The notes under the pieces were generated by a model. It saw nothing but the letters and a program-made list of their open reading frames with translations, was not told the DNA's origin and did not search any database. Positions 1 through 12,774 of a DNA stretch of 64,000 nucleotides are shown piece after piece. Source of the DNA: Dimorphilus gyrociliatus. Its lineage: Eukaryota; Animalia; Annelida. The DNA lies in contig CAJFCJ010000002.1 in NCBI GenBank assembly GCA_904063045.1, positions 124,001 through 188,000 of the forward strand, written 5' to 3'. Every line of letters begins with the position of its first letter. Position 1 is the stretch's first letter. A program made the position numbers and the translations under genes.

Positions 1-1836
1 GATCTTCTTGCTCTTTTCATAAAAAATATACTAGAGCTCCTTTTATTCTCTTTATCTTCGGTACTTTGAGCAATTTCTCTCTGCTTTGCAACATATTCTC
101 TGGCCCTGCGTTAAAAACAATTTTTACCAATCACAAATGAATTACCAACTTAAAGGCCAATAACACTTACTTCTCTAGATTCGGAATCACTCCAATCTCA
201 ACGGTCTTATTACCTTTTCCCAGTTTTCTCACACACCAAAATCCTGGTACACCATTGTATAAAGTGTCCGTAACGTGAAAGACATCAGAATTTTTAAACG
301 GCATGCAATCCTTATCGGGATTATCGTATGAAAAATGAGCTCTAACATAGAATGAATCCCCAGATCCACCATCTTGCATTAGCCTGCTGAAATCTTCTTT
401 TCTATTTTGAACCTGCAATTCCACCTGCTCTCGAAGATTCATTAAAACTGTTACAACCTCTTCTCGAGTCCTTCCACCCAACTCCATACCATTAACGGAT
501 AATAGTACATCGCCTTCAAACAGTAAACCATAAGCAGGTGTTCCATAATTAACAGTTGCAACAAAGACACCGGTTCGATTTCCACCAGAAACTCTTATTC
601 CAAGCCCAGATTTATATTTTGTAAATTGCACTATACGTACTCGAGAATCGAGTGGTGCTTGTTGGCTAGGCGATCCCGTAGCTGTCTTCTTTATCGGAAC
701 TTGCTGATAATTCGAGTCTATAAAAATATCAAACACAAGTTGCCTAGTATACTAGAATGAGATTAATTATAAAATAAGCGAATACCCAAGCAGGCGGGTA
801 AGGGTGGTCTAGGGGGACCATCATCTGCTGATGACTTTGCTGTATTAGCTGTATATATTGATTGAATTATAGTTTTTAATGAATATATACAGAGGCGTTC
901 AAATTAAAGCAACAATTATTAAGCAGAAGAATTGTTTAGCAATGATCCACTTACTAGAATATATTTTTTCCTCGTTCAATCTTGGACTACTGCTATAGTT
1001 TTGATTTAAATCTGTTGAATTGTCGGAAATTCCTGTTCTATTTAATATTTCTCTTTCGTGCTTCGACACATTCATTTTTAAATGGCGATCTCTACACCTG
1101 TCAACCAATTTTTGAGCTTCAACTAAAGACAAATGACTAGTCTTTTGACCATTAATAGATAATATGACGTCGCCTTCATGTATGTTTTTTTCTTTGGAAG
1201 CTATAGAATCGGGCAATATTCGTGACACGAAGAGTTTGCAGCCAAATACAACTCCCCAAGGAAGATGAGAATTTTCCAATGTTCTCAATAGGGTTGCTTC
1301 TCGGCATTGCGATTGAGGGGAGGCCTTACGTCTAACGATTAAATGAACCGTATCTCCGCACTCTTTCAACACTGATATGGCTGTATTATAATCCACGTTC
1401 TCCAGACTGACGGAATTGACGAAAAGTACCCGATCATTATGGCTATAAGACGAAAGGAAAGTATTAAGTAATAGAGACCCCCCACTGTTTATATATTTTT
1501 CTTACAATAGACGACCTTCAGCCGGGCCTCCTCTCAATACGTCGGATATAGCTATTGACGGTTCCCCACTTGAAAAGTGAGGATTGTCTCGACCTCCGCT
1601 AACGGCTATACCGAATCCGTAAGGTTGCACCTTACTTAGAGTCACGTGGTGTGTTTCCCACATCGTGGCGTCGCCCTGTGTAGTGGAAAAATTAGTTTAT
1701 TATCTTGAGAAAATATAACAATAACAAGATAGATACCAATAACATAAAATAAAATAAATTATATTAAAGCTGGGCATATATGCAGGCATACGAAAAGTAT
1801 ATTGTGCATACATACCGAAGAACTCACACCGCGCAT
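1..1836 (-). CDS. TJP1: Tight junction protein ZO-1/polychaetoid-like MAGUK (PDZ1-PDZ2-PDZ3-SH3...), 3' part runs off the window start
   Basis: Exon 1675-1506 encodes [49 protein letters not shown], the ZO-1 PDZ1 signature. Exons 1442-955, 848-786, 717-171 and 105-1 join in phase through GT-AG introns and give PDZ2, PDZ3 ([16 protein letters not shown]) and SH3 ([13 protein letters not shown]). A short ATG exon at 1836-1816 (MRGVSSS, donor GTATGT, phase 0) is a candidate first exon. Confidence 0.93.
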
Positions 1837-3273
1837 ACTTATTAAGCATCAATCAAGTCCTAGTCAAAACATGTACAGCAGAAGGAATAGAAACAAAAAT
1901 TACAGTGAGAATAGCACACTAAAAAAAACCTTAACTTGAATAGTTTGCAATAAAATTGACAGTAAATCATTGTTTTTTTTTCAGACTCACGTCTAAATAA
2001 TCTCTCTCCCAACAGTCCAACATCGTCTAAAGATAGTAGTTTAAATCAGCATGATAAATGGCTTTGTTATTGGAGAATTAATTAAGTCAAAATAGAAACA
2101 TGTACAATTCCCTTTAAAACTGACGATAATTCAAACAAACGTAGACTTGAGTGATTCGACAATTTTAGTACAAGATTTGTTTACACTTGTATACCTGCTG
2201 TAAAACTAATGCTTGCCACGCTCTTCTTCTATGGCATAAAAATGGAGTGTTTTTAAATACTAGCAAAAGATACCCATAAATTTGTTAAAAGTAATTGATG
2301 GTATTGTTAATGAAAATCCTTTTTAATAAGCAAATGCAAAAGTAAATCACTATCGACAAACATCTTATAAATATTGCACGATACATTTCCTTTAAAGCTT
2401 TCTTAAAAATAGGCCATTAAAAATAGTAAATTTAAAATAAAAAACAGTACAACTATCTATTCCTTTGCAAGATGCGAAAAACAGTTTTCACTTGTATTAT
2501 TGATAGAATTTGTTAATCTGCTACGAATCAATTACAACTAGCAGATTAGCGAAAAATAAGTGTAACTTTTATCGAATCACTTTCCTCGCACCACTAGACA
2601 GCTGTAAGCAATATTAGGCCACCTTGTAAACATTACTGCAGATGTTCTCGCTGGTTACCGCTTTTATAAATAAATTAATTAGACCACAAAATTTGTTACC
2701 TGAGAACACATGCGTGAATTTCAACTAATGAATTTCAAAAAAAATTTTTAACCAATATTTCCCTTATTTATCTTATCAGTTTACTTTTGCAATCATCCTT
2801 TCATCAGGCTCAAGTTTATTGCCAAATTATATTGGCATGTAAATTTTTCTTTTTTAGATATTTTCGATAGAGGATTATTGATTATTTTTACAATTCTTAA
2901 AATACTTTGATTTAGTACTGAATGGCTCTTAAACCTAATCAAGTGATGCTCGGCTTTAGTAACAAAGTAAAATTATTATTTATTACCATTATTTCCCTAA
3001 TTAGCAAATCTCTCACACAATCTTCTACACGTTCGTAAATTAGACATGTATAAAATAAAAAAAAAAATAAGAAAGTGGGCGGTGGTACAAATGAAAGGTT
3101 TGCGGTAGAGGGAAAGTTGTTAGCCACTGTTTCGGACGGTATCGCGATAATAAAACCAATGAGAAACAGCGGACGGTGAAAGTTCATTCGGTTCTCTCGT
3201 ATTTCTTTCTCAGTTATATACTCAACAGCCACACCATTTAAAAGAAATTGAAATAATTCAAGATAATACTTAC

Positions 3274-3349
3274 TAAACTATCATCATGACTAACATCTGG
3301 ATAGATATTATGAACAGTAGAATAAGGATGACCGTATTTTGTAGGAGAA
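3274..3349 (-). CDS. TJP1: Upstream coding exon of a longer ZO-1 isoform (76 nt)
   Basis: Acceptor TCTTTCAG and donor GTAAGT. Open frame SPTKYGHPYSTVHNIYPDVSHDDSL, phase 2 in and phase 0 out, fits the phase-0 PDZ1 exon. Confidence 0.7.
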
Positions 3350-4600
3350 CTGAAAGAGTTAATTTGAATTTTAATAAAATCATTTACTAATTATAAAACA
3401 AAAAAATATTAAATTTCGCTTAAATAAGTAAAATATTCCTTAAATTTGCATATTCTGTATAATTCATTTCGAGTTTATCCCATTATTTTAAGAGAAGGAA
3501 ACTATAAACCAAGCTTGATTATCATTTAGATTTAAAAGCAAAAATAAGGAAGCAACACTTACAAATGAAAGCGGTATATATCAATAATCAACTAAGACAA
3601 CTGCCAGTTTTCTTTAGAAGATAACCGAACTTATTCCGTTGATAGAGAGTGTCTAATGGGCCAGTCGCTTATTTATATAACTTGGATCTACCGTAGAGGG
3701 CACAACTTTGATAGGGGAAGGATCAAAATAGGCGGTAGATGGCATAAACAAACATTACGTCTAAAGTAAAATTCTACTTGAAAAGCGTAATCCCTCTCCG
3801 TAAAATCGGGCATCCGGTTTCGAACCGTTACTTTAAAGTACGTAAGCTCTTATCGGAAGCAGCATGTTTCGAATTTCAAACACAGTTTGTTTCTAACGAC
3901 ATGTACACTTGTTTCCTGTCAGAATCGACTTCATCCGGCCCGGGAGTCATTCTAATTGGAATTGACACAGCTATTGCAAGAGCAATCGGAAGCGATCATT
4001 TCCCTCAAAATTCCAATCAATGAAAACTAAATTAGGGCGGCTACGTCCACCAAATAGTTTCTCGTTACTCTATTTAATACTACTAAATTTTTCTTTTACC
4101 TACAGCCCTTTTTCTAAAAACAACATTCATACTGTTAGGCCTAAAGGCCTTTCAAAAGCATTTGTAGTTCCCTTTCTTTATTGGCACGTGTCAATGTACC
4201 ATATTATTAATTGGCTTTCGTCCAGATTTTATTGCATCAATAATTCTCATGAGAAAAGGGATGAGCGGTGGAAAGGTGGCTATTAAATTTCTACACAAAT
4301 GCATTCATGCGAATTGAACGCTTTTTAAAATAAGAAATATTAAAAAACAGTTAATTTTAAAAGATCCTGACAGTGTGGATGTATCTTGACTCAGAAAAAG
4401 CGGATATAGTTCTATTATATATTTTCTCTATTGTAATATCTTTATTATGTTGCAAAAGCAAATGCATTCACTTTTTTGTAATGACTAGTCTACCCTACTA
4501 TGAATATAGAGTCTACGTACAGTATACTGTACAGTATATATATATATATATATTAGTACCATTATAACCTGAACAAGTACATATAATAAATAGTACTTAC

Positions 4601-4646
4601 TTTGATCCGGTGATTGTCATTGTTTCGTACTTGTCTGGATCAAAGT
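4601..4646 (-). CDS. TJP1: Upstream small exon of a longer ZO-1 isoform (46 nt)
   Basis: Acceptor TTTTCCCTAG and donor GTAAGT. Only one open frame (FDPDKYETMTITGS), phase 1 in and phase 2 out, matching the 3349-3274 exon. Confidence 0.62.
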
Positions 4647-5235
4647 CTAGGGAAAATAAAAAAAGCTTAAATAAAGAAATATCTTTACAGTCATCAATTT
4701 CATAGTATTATAGAAAGCCATAGGGTTAGTTTATTTCCAAAAGAAGGGGAGGAGCAGAGGTAAAGAGTAAAATGGAAAAAATCAGGAACAAATATTCATA
4801 GAATTTTGTTTACTTTCATGTCAATAAAGTTCAGCTTCTCAGGTGCTACAATACCAAAAGATCGCCTACCGTAAAGTCTACATACGTTTCTCGCAACGAG
4901 TGATGCCTTTTTTGATATTTAAAATATATTCACGAAACTAAATGTTTATTTAATAATAATTGACTTTTATTACTTCATTAAATTTTTGATGGACTCGTTC
5001 TGACGGAAACACGACAAAGAAGTCGTTGAAAACTCAGCGAACGAATCAAGTTAAGTAAATAGAACGAACGAACTATTTGACAGATTACAGTCGGCATCGA
5101 CCCTAAATAGTTCCAGATTCCTGCATCTTTGTTATTTCATTTAGTATTCTCTTCTATCGGGCAAAACAATTGACATTTACGAGAGAAGAACACAATAAAG
5201 GAAATCTTTTCTGTTCAATTAATTGTAGATAGGAA

Positions 5236-6399
5236 ATGAAGAAAAGACACAAAGAGCAAGATTGTGAGGAAGTCGATACCAAGGAAAACGTAAAGTACTT
5301 TTTTATTTAAATACAAATACGTGATAGCAAAAAGCAAAAGAGTTAAAAAGTGATAAATCGAGTATTTTTTTTTCAGATTAGCAAAACAAAGGCTTGTCCA
5401 ACGTTCGATATTTCAAATGATCTACGTCAAACTACGGTTTGCGTACCGCCAAATATTTCAATATCGCCATCTTTTATTTTTAATAATGAAACTTTTAATT
5501 GTTCCTACGAAGCGGAACGCTTTAAATACCAACTACCGCCAACCGTTGTAATCGATTCAAATGAAACACCCAAAACATTCTCAAGGGCCAAAATCAATTC
5601 CGTTTCAATGGAAGTAAGTTGCGGTAAACTTGAAAGGAGCTGCACGGATAATTCTTTTAATGAGGAGAATTACTATTGCAAAGAAGATTTAGAGCTAAGA
5701 AAGAACATCATACAAGATGTTATAGAATCGGATTTTGACCATCAAGATTTTAAGAGTGGTATAGATAAAATCATGGTCATGTTTATCGAATTTATAATGA
5801 CTAATACAAAGAGTATCTTATCCAGACCACCAAATGACATAGTGAGACACTTTTCAGTTTCTCTCTACGATGAAATGCGAACAATGCAAAAATTATTATG
5901 CGGGAAATCTCTTCATATGTCTCATAAAATGAGGCAATTCCTATGCGCTCACGAGGTTAGCTTTGAAGATGTGATGAAATTGACTAAACGTATGGAAAAG
6001 GAGCATGAAGTGATAGATTCTTTTGAACTAAAGATAAAAAAATATAAGAAGTTCAAAAGAGATAAGAGCGAATTGACAATTGTAGAAAGAGCTTCTTGTC
6101 CAGCTTCTTGCTTCAAAGTCAAGAAAAGAGAAAAGTTTATACTAGATAATAAATTTATCCATAACATTACTTCAGATGAAGCTAGAGAGGACAAAATAAT
6201 TATATTTAATGATGCAGTTTTGGGAAAATTCACTTTCCCTGACGCCTGCGATCAACTCCAGAGCACAAGCCTCCCGAGTATTAACTCAGTTGAAAATGAG
6301 AGCAAGTTTTTTGTACCGGAAATGGAGGAGGGGATTTTCGAAACAACTTCCCTAACGGAAAACAATATTGGGCTGTTGAACGAAGAAAGCGGTTTGTAG
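5236..6399 (+). CDS. Uncharacterised ~359-aa protein, 2 exons (5236-5289, 5377-6399)
   Basis: ATG exon MKKRHKEQDCEEVDTKEN, donor GTAAAG, acceptor TTTCAG, phase 0 into the 349-aa ORF. No domain recognised; a charged helical segment lies in the middle. Confidence 0.7.
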
Positions 6400-7651
6400 A
6401 AGTTAACGATCGGAATAATTCTTTTTTTCAATTGGTAATCTGCGCCCTTGTAACTAATTAAAAAGCCTATTCAAAATCCTAATGTGAGATTAGTCTTTGC
6501 GAGGCTTAAGGGACTTATACACGAAAAGTTTATAATGAGATTTAACCAATTTTATTTTTATTCTATCGCTTATTTTTAAAAGATCTCAATAAAAGTTTGA
6601 GAATAAGAAAGGAAAGAAATCCCCTAGTAAATTTTTTCTACCTTTTAAGGCCTTTTTTTACTCAAAGAATATATAATAAACGGAATTTTTCCCAATGCAA
6701 TCCTTAAAAATGGTGAGGTGAAAATATAAGGAATGTTAAAAATGCGTAGGATGGGGCGATTTGAATACGTACACTAACCTTGGCTATTTATATTATAAAA
6801 TAAGAGTATTTTCTCTTGTTTCGCCGTCTTACATTAGTGTTATTTACATTCTCAGCATGTGTTTCTTCACGCAAAATTAGCCTTGAAATTTCATTGAGAT
6901 ATAATCTCAAAATGAATAATTTGAAATAGATGAGTTACTATTTAAAAAAGTATCGTTGAAGAGTTTGGAATCTACCAATTATCGACTCTTTTAAATTCGC
7001 ATTACAATTGATCTTGCCGACAAGCGCCACACAGGAATCAGACGGACTCTAATACTTAAAATATTTTAATAACCCTCAACTTAACAGAACTCAATAAATA
7101 AATTAACCAATGTTTTAAAATATGTCTCTTCATCACGATTTCCTTTATAACGTCGATAGGACACGATCTGAGGTATTGATAAAGCAAGTAAACTAACGTC
7201 TAATCAGGTAGCTGATGAGTTTATTATATGGGAATCAAAAAAAGAGCTTTCCATACGGATCGACTTAAATCCTCAATGTCGTACGATAACGATCGATACT
7301 ATCCTTAAAGGAATGTATCTCTGGGTTTTTTGGGGGCTATCGGTTACGGGCATGAACGCGTCTTTGAACTTTTAGCCTGCTTTACAGGACGATGAATTGT
7401 TTATTTTCGTATACATGATAAAACGATTAGCCGACGTCACGCCATTTTCTAAGACGACGCTTTTGTTTTTGGTCTGATTGAAATCTTTTAGCCGAACGCG
7501 TACATGTGATAATGACAGATTATGAATCTTTCAACGAAGCGCCGATTTTAGATAAGATGAAACAAGTCAATAATTAACCATTAAAAGGAAAATATAAATT
7601 TGCGCGTACTTTAAAGTTTTAGAATAAAGCTGAAATGAAAAAAGAACTTAC

Positions 7652-7682
7652 TCGACCCGCCCCATTGGTCTCTCTGACGCAT
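7652..7682 (-). CDS. Candidate distal first coding exon of ZO-1 (MRQRDQWGGS)
   Basis: ATG plus 10 codons plus 1 nt, then a strong donor GTAAGTTC. Phase 1 matches the 4646-4601 exon. The segment also reads as CCAAT/GC-box motifs, so a purely regulatory role is possible. Confidence 0.45.
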
Positions 7683-8066
7683 TTCCATATTATCGATACT
7701 TCAAACAGGTCGCTATTGTATCCAAACTTTTAAATTTTGATTCAAAAGCTAATTAAGTATCGTCACGGGCAATGTTGGATCAATGTTTCTAATGATTAGT
7801 GCATTTCCACCGCCGAAAATGTTGTCTGTCGGCATTTCGAGTCGGGCCTCCTGCTCCGATAATACAGCCCTATTTTGTAAATACTTAAGGAACTCGAACC
7901 TGGTGAGCACTTTGCATTTCCGGTGCATAGTCGACACAATACAGGTGTCACTAGTTCATTCAATATTCGATACGCACATAAAAAGACTTCTTCACAAAAG
8001 GCTGATGTATATTTAATAAATATCGTTACAAATATATAAAAACAAATGTAACAGCTGATACAAAAC

Positions 8067-11000
8067 TTAAAATAACGTATTTTTAAGATATTCAGTTAAA
8101 CAAATAGTTTCGGAAAATAATTCTTTTAATTCATTCCAAATTTCTTTTTCAATTTTATGTACAGAATTTAACTTTTCCTGTAGCTCCTTACTTTCCAATA
8201 TTTCAACGGTATGCAGCTGTAAAAATTTAATGTTTAAAGAAAATCTTAAAAAGTTATAATTGTTTACTTTAAGGAACAAAGCCAGGTATGATTCATACAG
8301 TTCGAAATTCTTATAAGTTTTTAAGCCATTCTCAATCATATCAAGGAAGAGAACCATAGTGCTATCTTCCATTGCCAAACTTAAAATATCCGCTTCAATC
8401 CCACTTGGACCCTGGGATCTCAAGAATTCAAATGCTTCATCGCCTAAAATATGAGATATTTCAAAAATACTAATTAAATACAATAAAGTCAGTCTTACTC
8501 TTATTCTCAACTAGAAGACGACCAAATTCCGTTTGACTGAGAAAGTTTGCCTTTACAACTTCTATTTTTTCTTTTTCCTCCTCTGGCTTTGTAAACTTAG
8601 GGACTAAGCCAGGAACTGTTGGGAGGAAAAATGGTGCATTCTGAGGCTTCTTTGGTGGTTCTTTTGGCTTGTTTCTAGCCTTTATTACATCCAAATGCAA
8701 TAAATTTTCCCATCTGGAGCTCGGGAGTCCTGACAGTGTTAGGAGGTCAGTTGAAATTTGATTTGGACTTTCATACTGATTATCTGTATAATCGACATCC
8801 ATCTCATTAGAATTATCTTCTATTCTTTCGCTAGTGGTTGGAAGTTCCAAAATTGATGGATTGAAATCATGTGGAAGAGGCTTGAGAGGAACGTGAGCGT
8901 AAAGTAATTTATTTGTCCATAAATAGACACCGACATCGTCTACGTGAGTTGTAACGAAAAACTCGTTCGTTGGAGAAAATGCTAAGCTCTTTGCAGGAGA
9001 ACGAACAAGAAAACAATCGATCAAGCTGAATATACCAACGTTCAATTATTAAACATAGCTTAACACAAAAAAATAGATAACAAAAAACATGCGTACCTTC
9101 CTGTTAAAAGGTCCCAAACTCTTATCGATTTGTCTAAAGAACTGGAAATGAGCCATCGGCAATCGTTACTAAATACCTAGAAAGAATGGTATTAACAGTG
9201 TATTATAGCAAATAAAATTGTCTGTTCAAATATATAAATTTATATCTACCATATCTTCAATGAAGCTAGTATGACCAGAGAATTTTCTCACAGTTCTTTG
9301 CGTGTCTATATCAATTAATGATATACTAAAATCGTCGTGAGAAATTGCTAGCAAAGCACTGCTTCTATGTAATATTGACTGACTAGCAGGTGAATGTAAA
9401 ATCAAAGAATTAAGTAATATCTTCTGTTTTAGCTTCCAAAATTTCACGGCACAATCAGCCCCGGTCGTAATAACCCGTTCACTTAACTCATCAATTGACA
9501 CTCCCCGTACAGATGCCTTGTGAGCTTTGTCAAAATTTGATTTTGTTAACAATATAATTCATTACTTTTTAAGCAAATAAATACCCCTATTTTTTCCGAA
9601 TTGGCCCCTATGCATTCCTGATTGCATATTGAACATATCAACATGACCACTGCTATACCCAATAACGCAAAAATTACCACAAGGCGTCATCGAAACGGCC
9701 TGAAAGAAAGCATATTTCAAATATGTTTGCTTTTAACAATATTATACAAACAGTGGCTTTTTCATTTTTATACTTTGCTTCATCGTTTTTAAATCTTTCA
9801 TTTTCTAAACGAAACTTTCCCATTGTTGATCTGACAAAATCCCAAGTAGTAGCTTCTCTACTATTTTTATGGATTGCAACAATAGAATCCCAGTCACTTT
9901 GACGACAAGATTCTGTAGTAAAGAACATCCATCGTGTATTGCGTCTATTATTGTTACATTTTACTTACGATTGTCGAATTTAACAATAGGTGGCATTAAT
10001 AGAGCGTTGAACTTCAAACCCTTTCGTTTAGATACGCTTTTATTGTAAGTTGCCCTTCCCAGGCTTTTATTTTCACTTTCATGTCTTATTGAAAAAGATC
10101 GAAGGGTCGAATCCTCACCGGCGCTAAGTATGCTAACATCGTCATAAAATCTAATCTGTAATCAATAAATTGAAGTATGAATTTATAATTCGATAGAAAA
10201 ACCCACATTCGTAGGAGGAGAACTATGCCCTGCCCTACTTTTCAACAAACGAGCACCGCCATCTGCTTGATCAAATATCCAAATCTGTTCGCATATTTAT
10301 TTGAGTGCAAATCAAACAATTCAATAATCCAAAGAAATCAGCGTTATATGTCATCTCCTTACCTTTAATGAGTTGTCTCCGCTATTGGTAACCATTAAAG
10401 GCTCATTTTTAAGAAATTCCATTCCACAAACGCTATTATCATGCGCATTTTGAATTTGAGATTGAATTTTCTTCTTCTCTAAATTCCATATTGCAATATG
10501 TCCAGTTGTCGATCCAGTTGTCATATATTCCTGACCATCTTTAGAGTTTGACATGAGTTTAATTAATTATTGTCTACTAAGTTTTTCTCTTACCTAATCT
10601 GAAGGCAATGGATGTCACCGGTCCCCATTCTTGTAAAAACTTTTCAACAATTCTATCCGTTTTCAAATCAAATAAAATTATTTGACCATTTGCTAAACCA
10701 ATTGCTACAATGTCAGCAACGGTTGACTAACAATAAAGTTTTTAGACAAGTTATTACAAGTATTTAAAATAAAAAATATATACTTGTGTCAAAGCTGTGA
10801 CGCTGCTTCCCCAACCATCAAAACTATGGACTAATTTACATTTTCGAGAGTTCCACAGCTGCAAGCTACCGTCTTCCGATCCAAACAAAATCTTGTTCAA
10901 ATATGCAGCTGGTTGCATAACCGCAGTAATATTGAAATTCCCTAAGTTCCATTGTCCGTATTGAGCTAAAAGAAAGACGGTTAAGTGGCATTCCTTATTA

Positions 11001-11453
11001 ATAAGTTATTACCTTCTGTCAGAACATCCCAAATAATTACAATATTATCCTTATCGACGCTCACTAAATGACGATGGAAGGGTAAGAGGTGTTTTATTTT
11101 CGATTTATGACCAATAAATTCTTTTATAACTTTTCCTCTTCTTCCATATGCTCGAGTGACATTTCCACAGCTTGTGAAGATATAATTATTTGCAGTTGCT
11201 ATACATTCAATCTCCTCGTCATGTAGATCTGATATAGATTTCAAGCCTAACTTGCTAGACTAAATACACGTGCTATAGTCATAGTAAAAACTTATATTAT
11301 CGCTCGTTTACTTACTGTGTATGTATGAAAAGCTCTTCCAACACTTGTATATACGTAAGTCTCATTTTTTTTCTGATCATATCTTAATATTAGAGGAACA
11401 TGGTTGCTAACGAAACCTAAAGCTCGATAACTGCTAAAGATTTTGCTAGACAT
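8067..11453 (-). CDS. WDR36: WD repeat protein 36 / UTP21 (SSU processome)
   Basis: N-terminus MSSKIFSSYRALGFVSNHVPL...VGRAFHTY, multiple WD40 exons and the Utp21 C-terminal motif LSGLPSSRWENLLHLDVIKARNKPKEPPKKPQNAPFFLPT. Multi-exon. Confidence 0.95.
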
Positions 11454-12774
11454 GGTACTGGTATTGTTGACGAAATTTTAAATTAACTACCAGTTTATTC
11501 TCGTTTATAAAACTCAATTGAAAATTTCCGCGACTAAACCTACAGGAAAAAACTCGGTGAATGTCTTTCAAGTAAGTATTCTTTGGAATCTTACTACATG
11601 TTAAAGTTAAAAAGACTTATTTATATTCTTTTGTTGAAATTTAATCAAGTTCTGAATTTAAACAAATCAAATTTAGTATATCCAAGATATTGTAAAGCAT
11701 GATTTTAGTTAATATCTAAGAATATCACAATGTAGACTCTTGTAGACACAAGATAAAACTTTAATACTGAAAGTCAAAAATGTATTTAAAATAAAAATTA
11801 TAGTGCGCAGAATTCCAACAAAAAACTTTTTAGAGATTTATGATATTCTACAAAGCACATGTTACTGTTAACATGGAGGGGTAGGGTATAAGATTTTACA
11901 CTCATACAACGCGATTGGAAAGGAATATAACTTCAACTCTAAAGTTTATAAATCAGTTTCACATTTAGTTATAAAGAATTAAACAGCTAGTTTGCTTGAA
12001 CCTTTCAGATAAATTTCTTGACTTCTTAATAGACAACTCATAATTACACGTTGCTGAGTATTTATACAAGGCATGATGGTCCTAATTACATAAATTTGTT
12101 GAGTAAATTTTAACTATGTTCTCAAAACTCGACATGAGTGAGATCTTTAAAGCTTAAAAGTATTTTTTAATAAAAGAAAGTGGAACTAAGTTTTCTTGTC
12201 GTTATTAGCAAAGAAGTTCTCACAAGTAGGTTAAATCAATTATCGTTACTATTGCGATTAACTCAGAAGTATTATTATGTAATGATTGTTACTTTTAAAC
12301 AACTTTAATTACAATATGTAAACTTTATTTAATTAATGTTGTAGTCTATATTTTCATATTTTATATGTAAAACTAAATTTAAGAAAATATTTTTTCACGT
12401 TTTTCTTCACTAAATCCGACTGAGAAGCTGATTTTTTTTATTTTATCATTTAAAGAGTTTCTAGTATGGTTCGGGTTCCAATAGAATCCAAATAAGTTAA
12501 TATTAATTCTAGGATCGTCTAATAGTTTCGTTAAAGATATATAAGTTAATAACTTAATATGTTAAAAAATGTTCGTAATTACTGAGCAAATGAACATTAT
12601 ATATTTTAGTAGTTATTTATCATATATCGCATAATTTTAAAAAATACGAAAATAAGTATAGCTGACATATTTGTTGCTATTTCTGGTTATTGAGTATTTT
12701 CGGTTCTAAATTTTTAGTCATTGTGACTGTTTTTAAAAATTATAAGCTATTTAGAGAATACATTTTAAAATATA

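Noticed and set aside
2939-3232. 97-aa minus-strand ORF in a ZO-1 intron
   Set aside because: It starts at GTG, runs into poly-T, has only a weak donor (GTACCA) and no recognisable similarity.
3778-4567. Short plus-strand ORFs (81, 88 and 64 aa)
   Set aside because: No splice chain or motifs; composition is that of intronic or enhancer DNA.
6747-6790. tRNA A-box/B-box-like fragments (TAGCCAAGG...TTCAAATC, minus strand); similar TTCGAATCC near 23259
   Set aside because: No cloverleaf can be built and the spacing is wrong; at most degenerate relics.
7924-7932. miR-153-like seed TGCATAGTC
   Set aside because: The match stops after 9 nt and there is no long hairpin.
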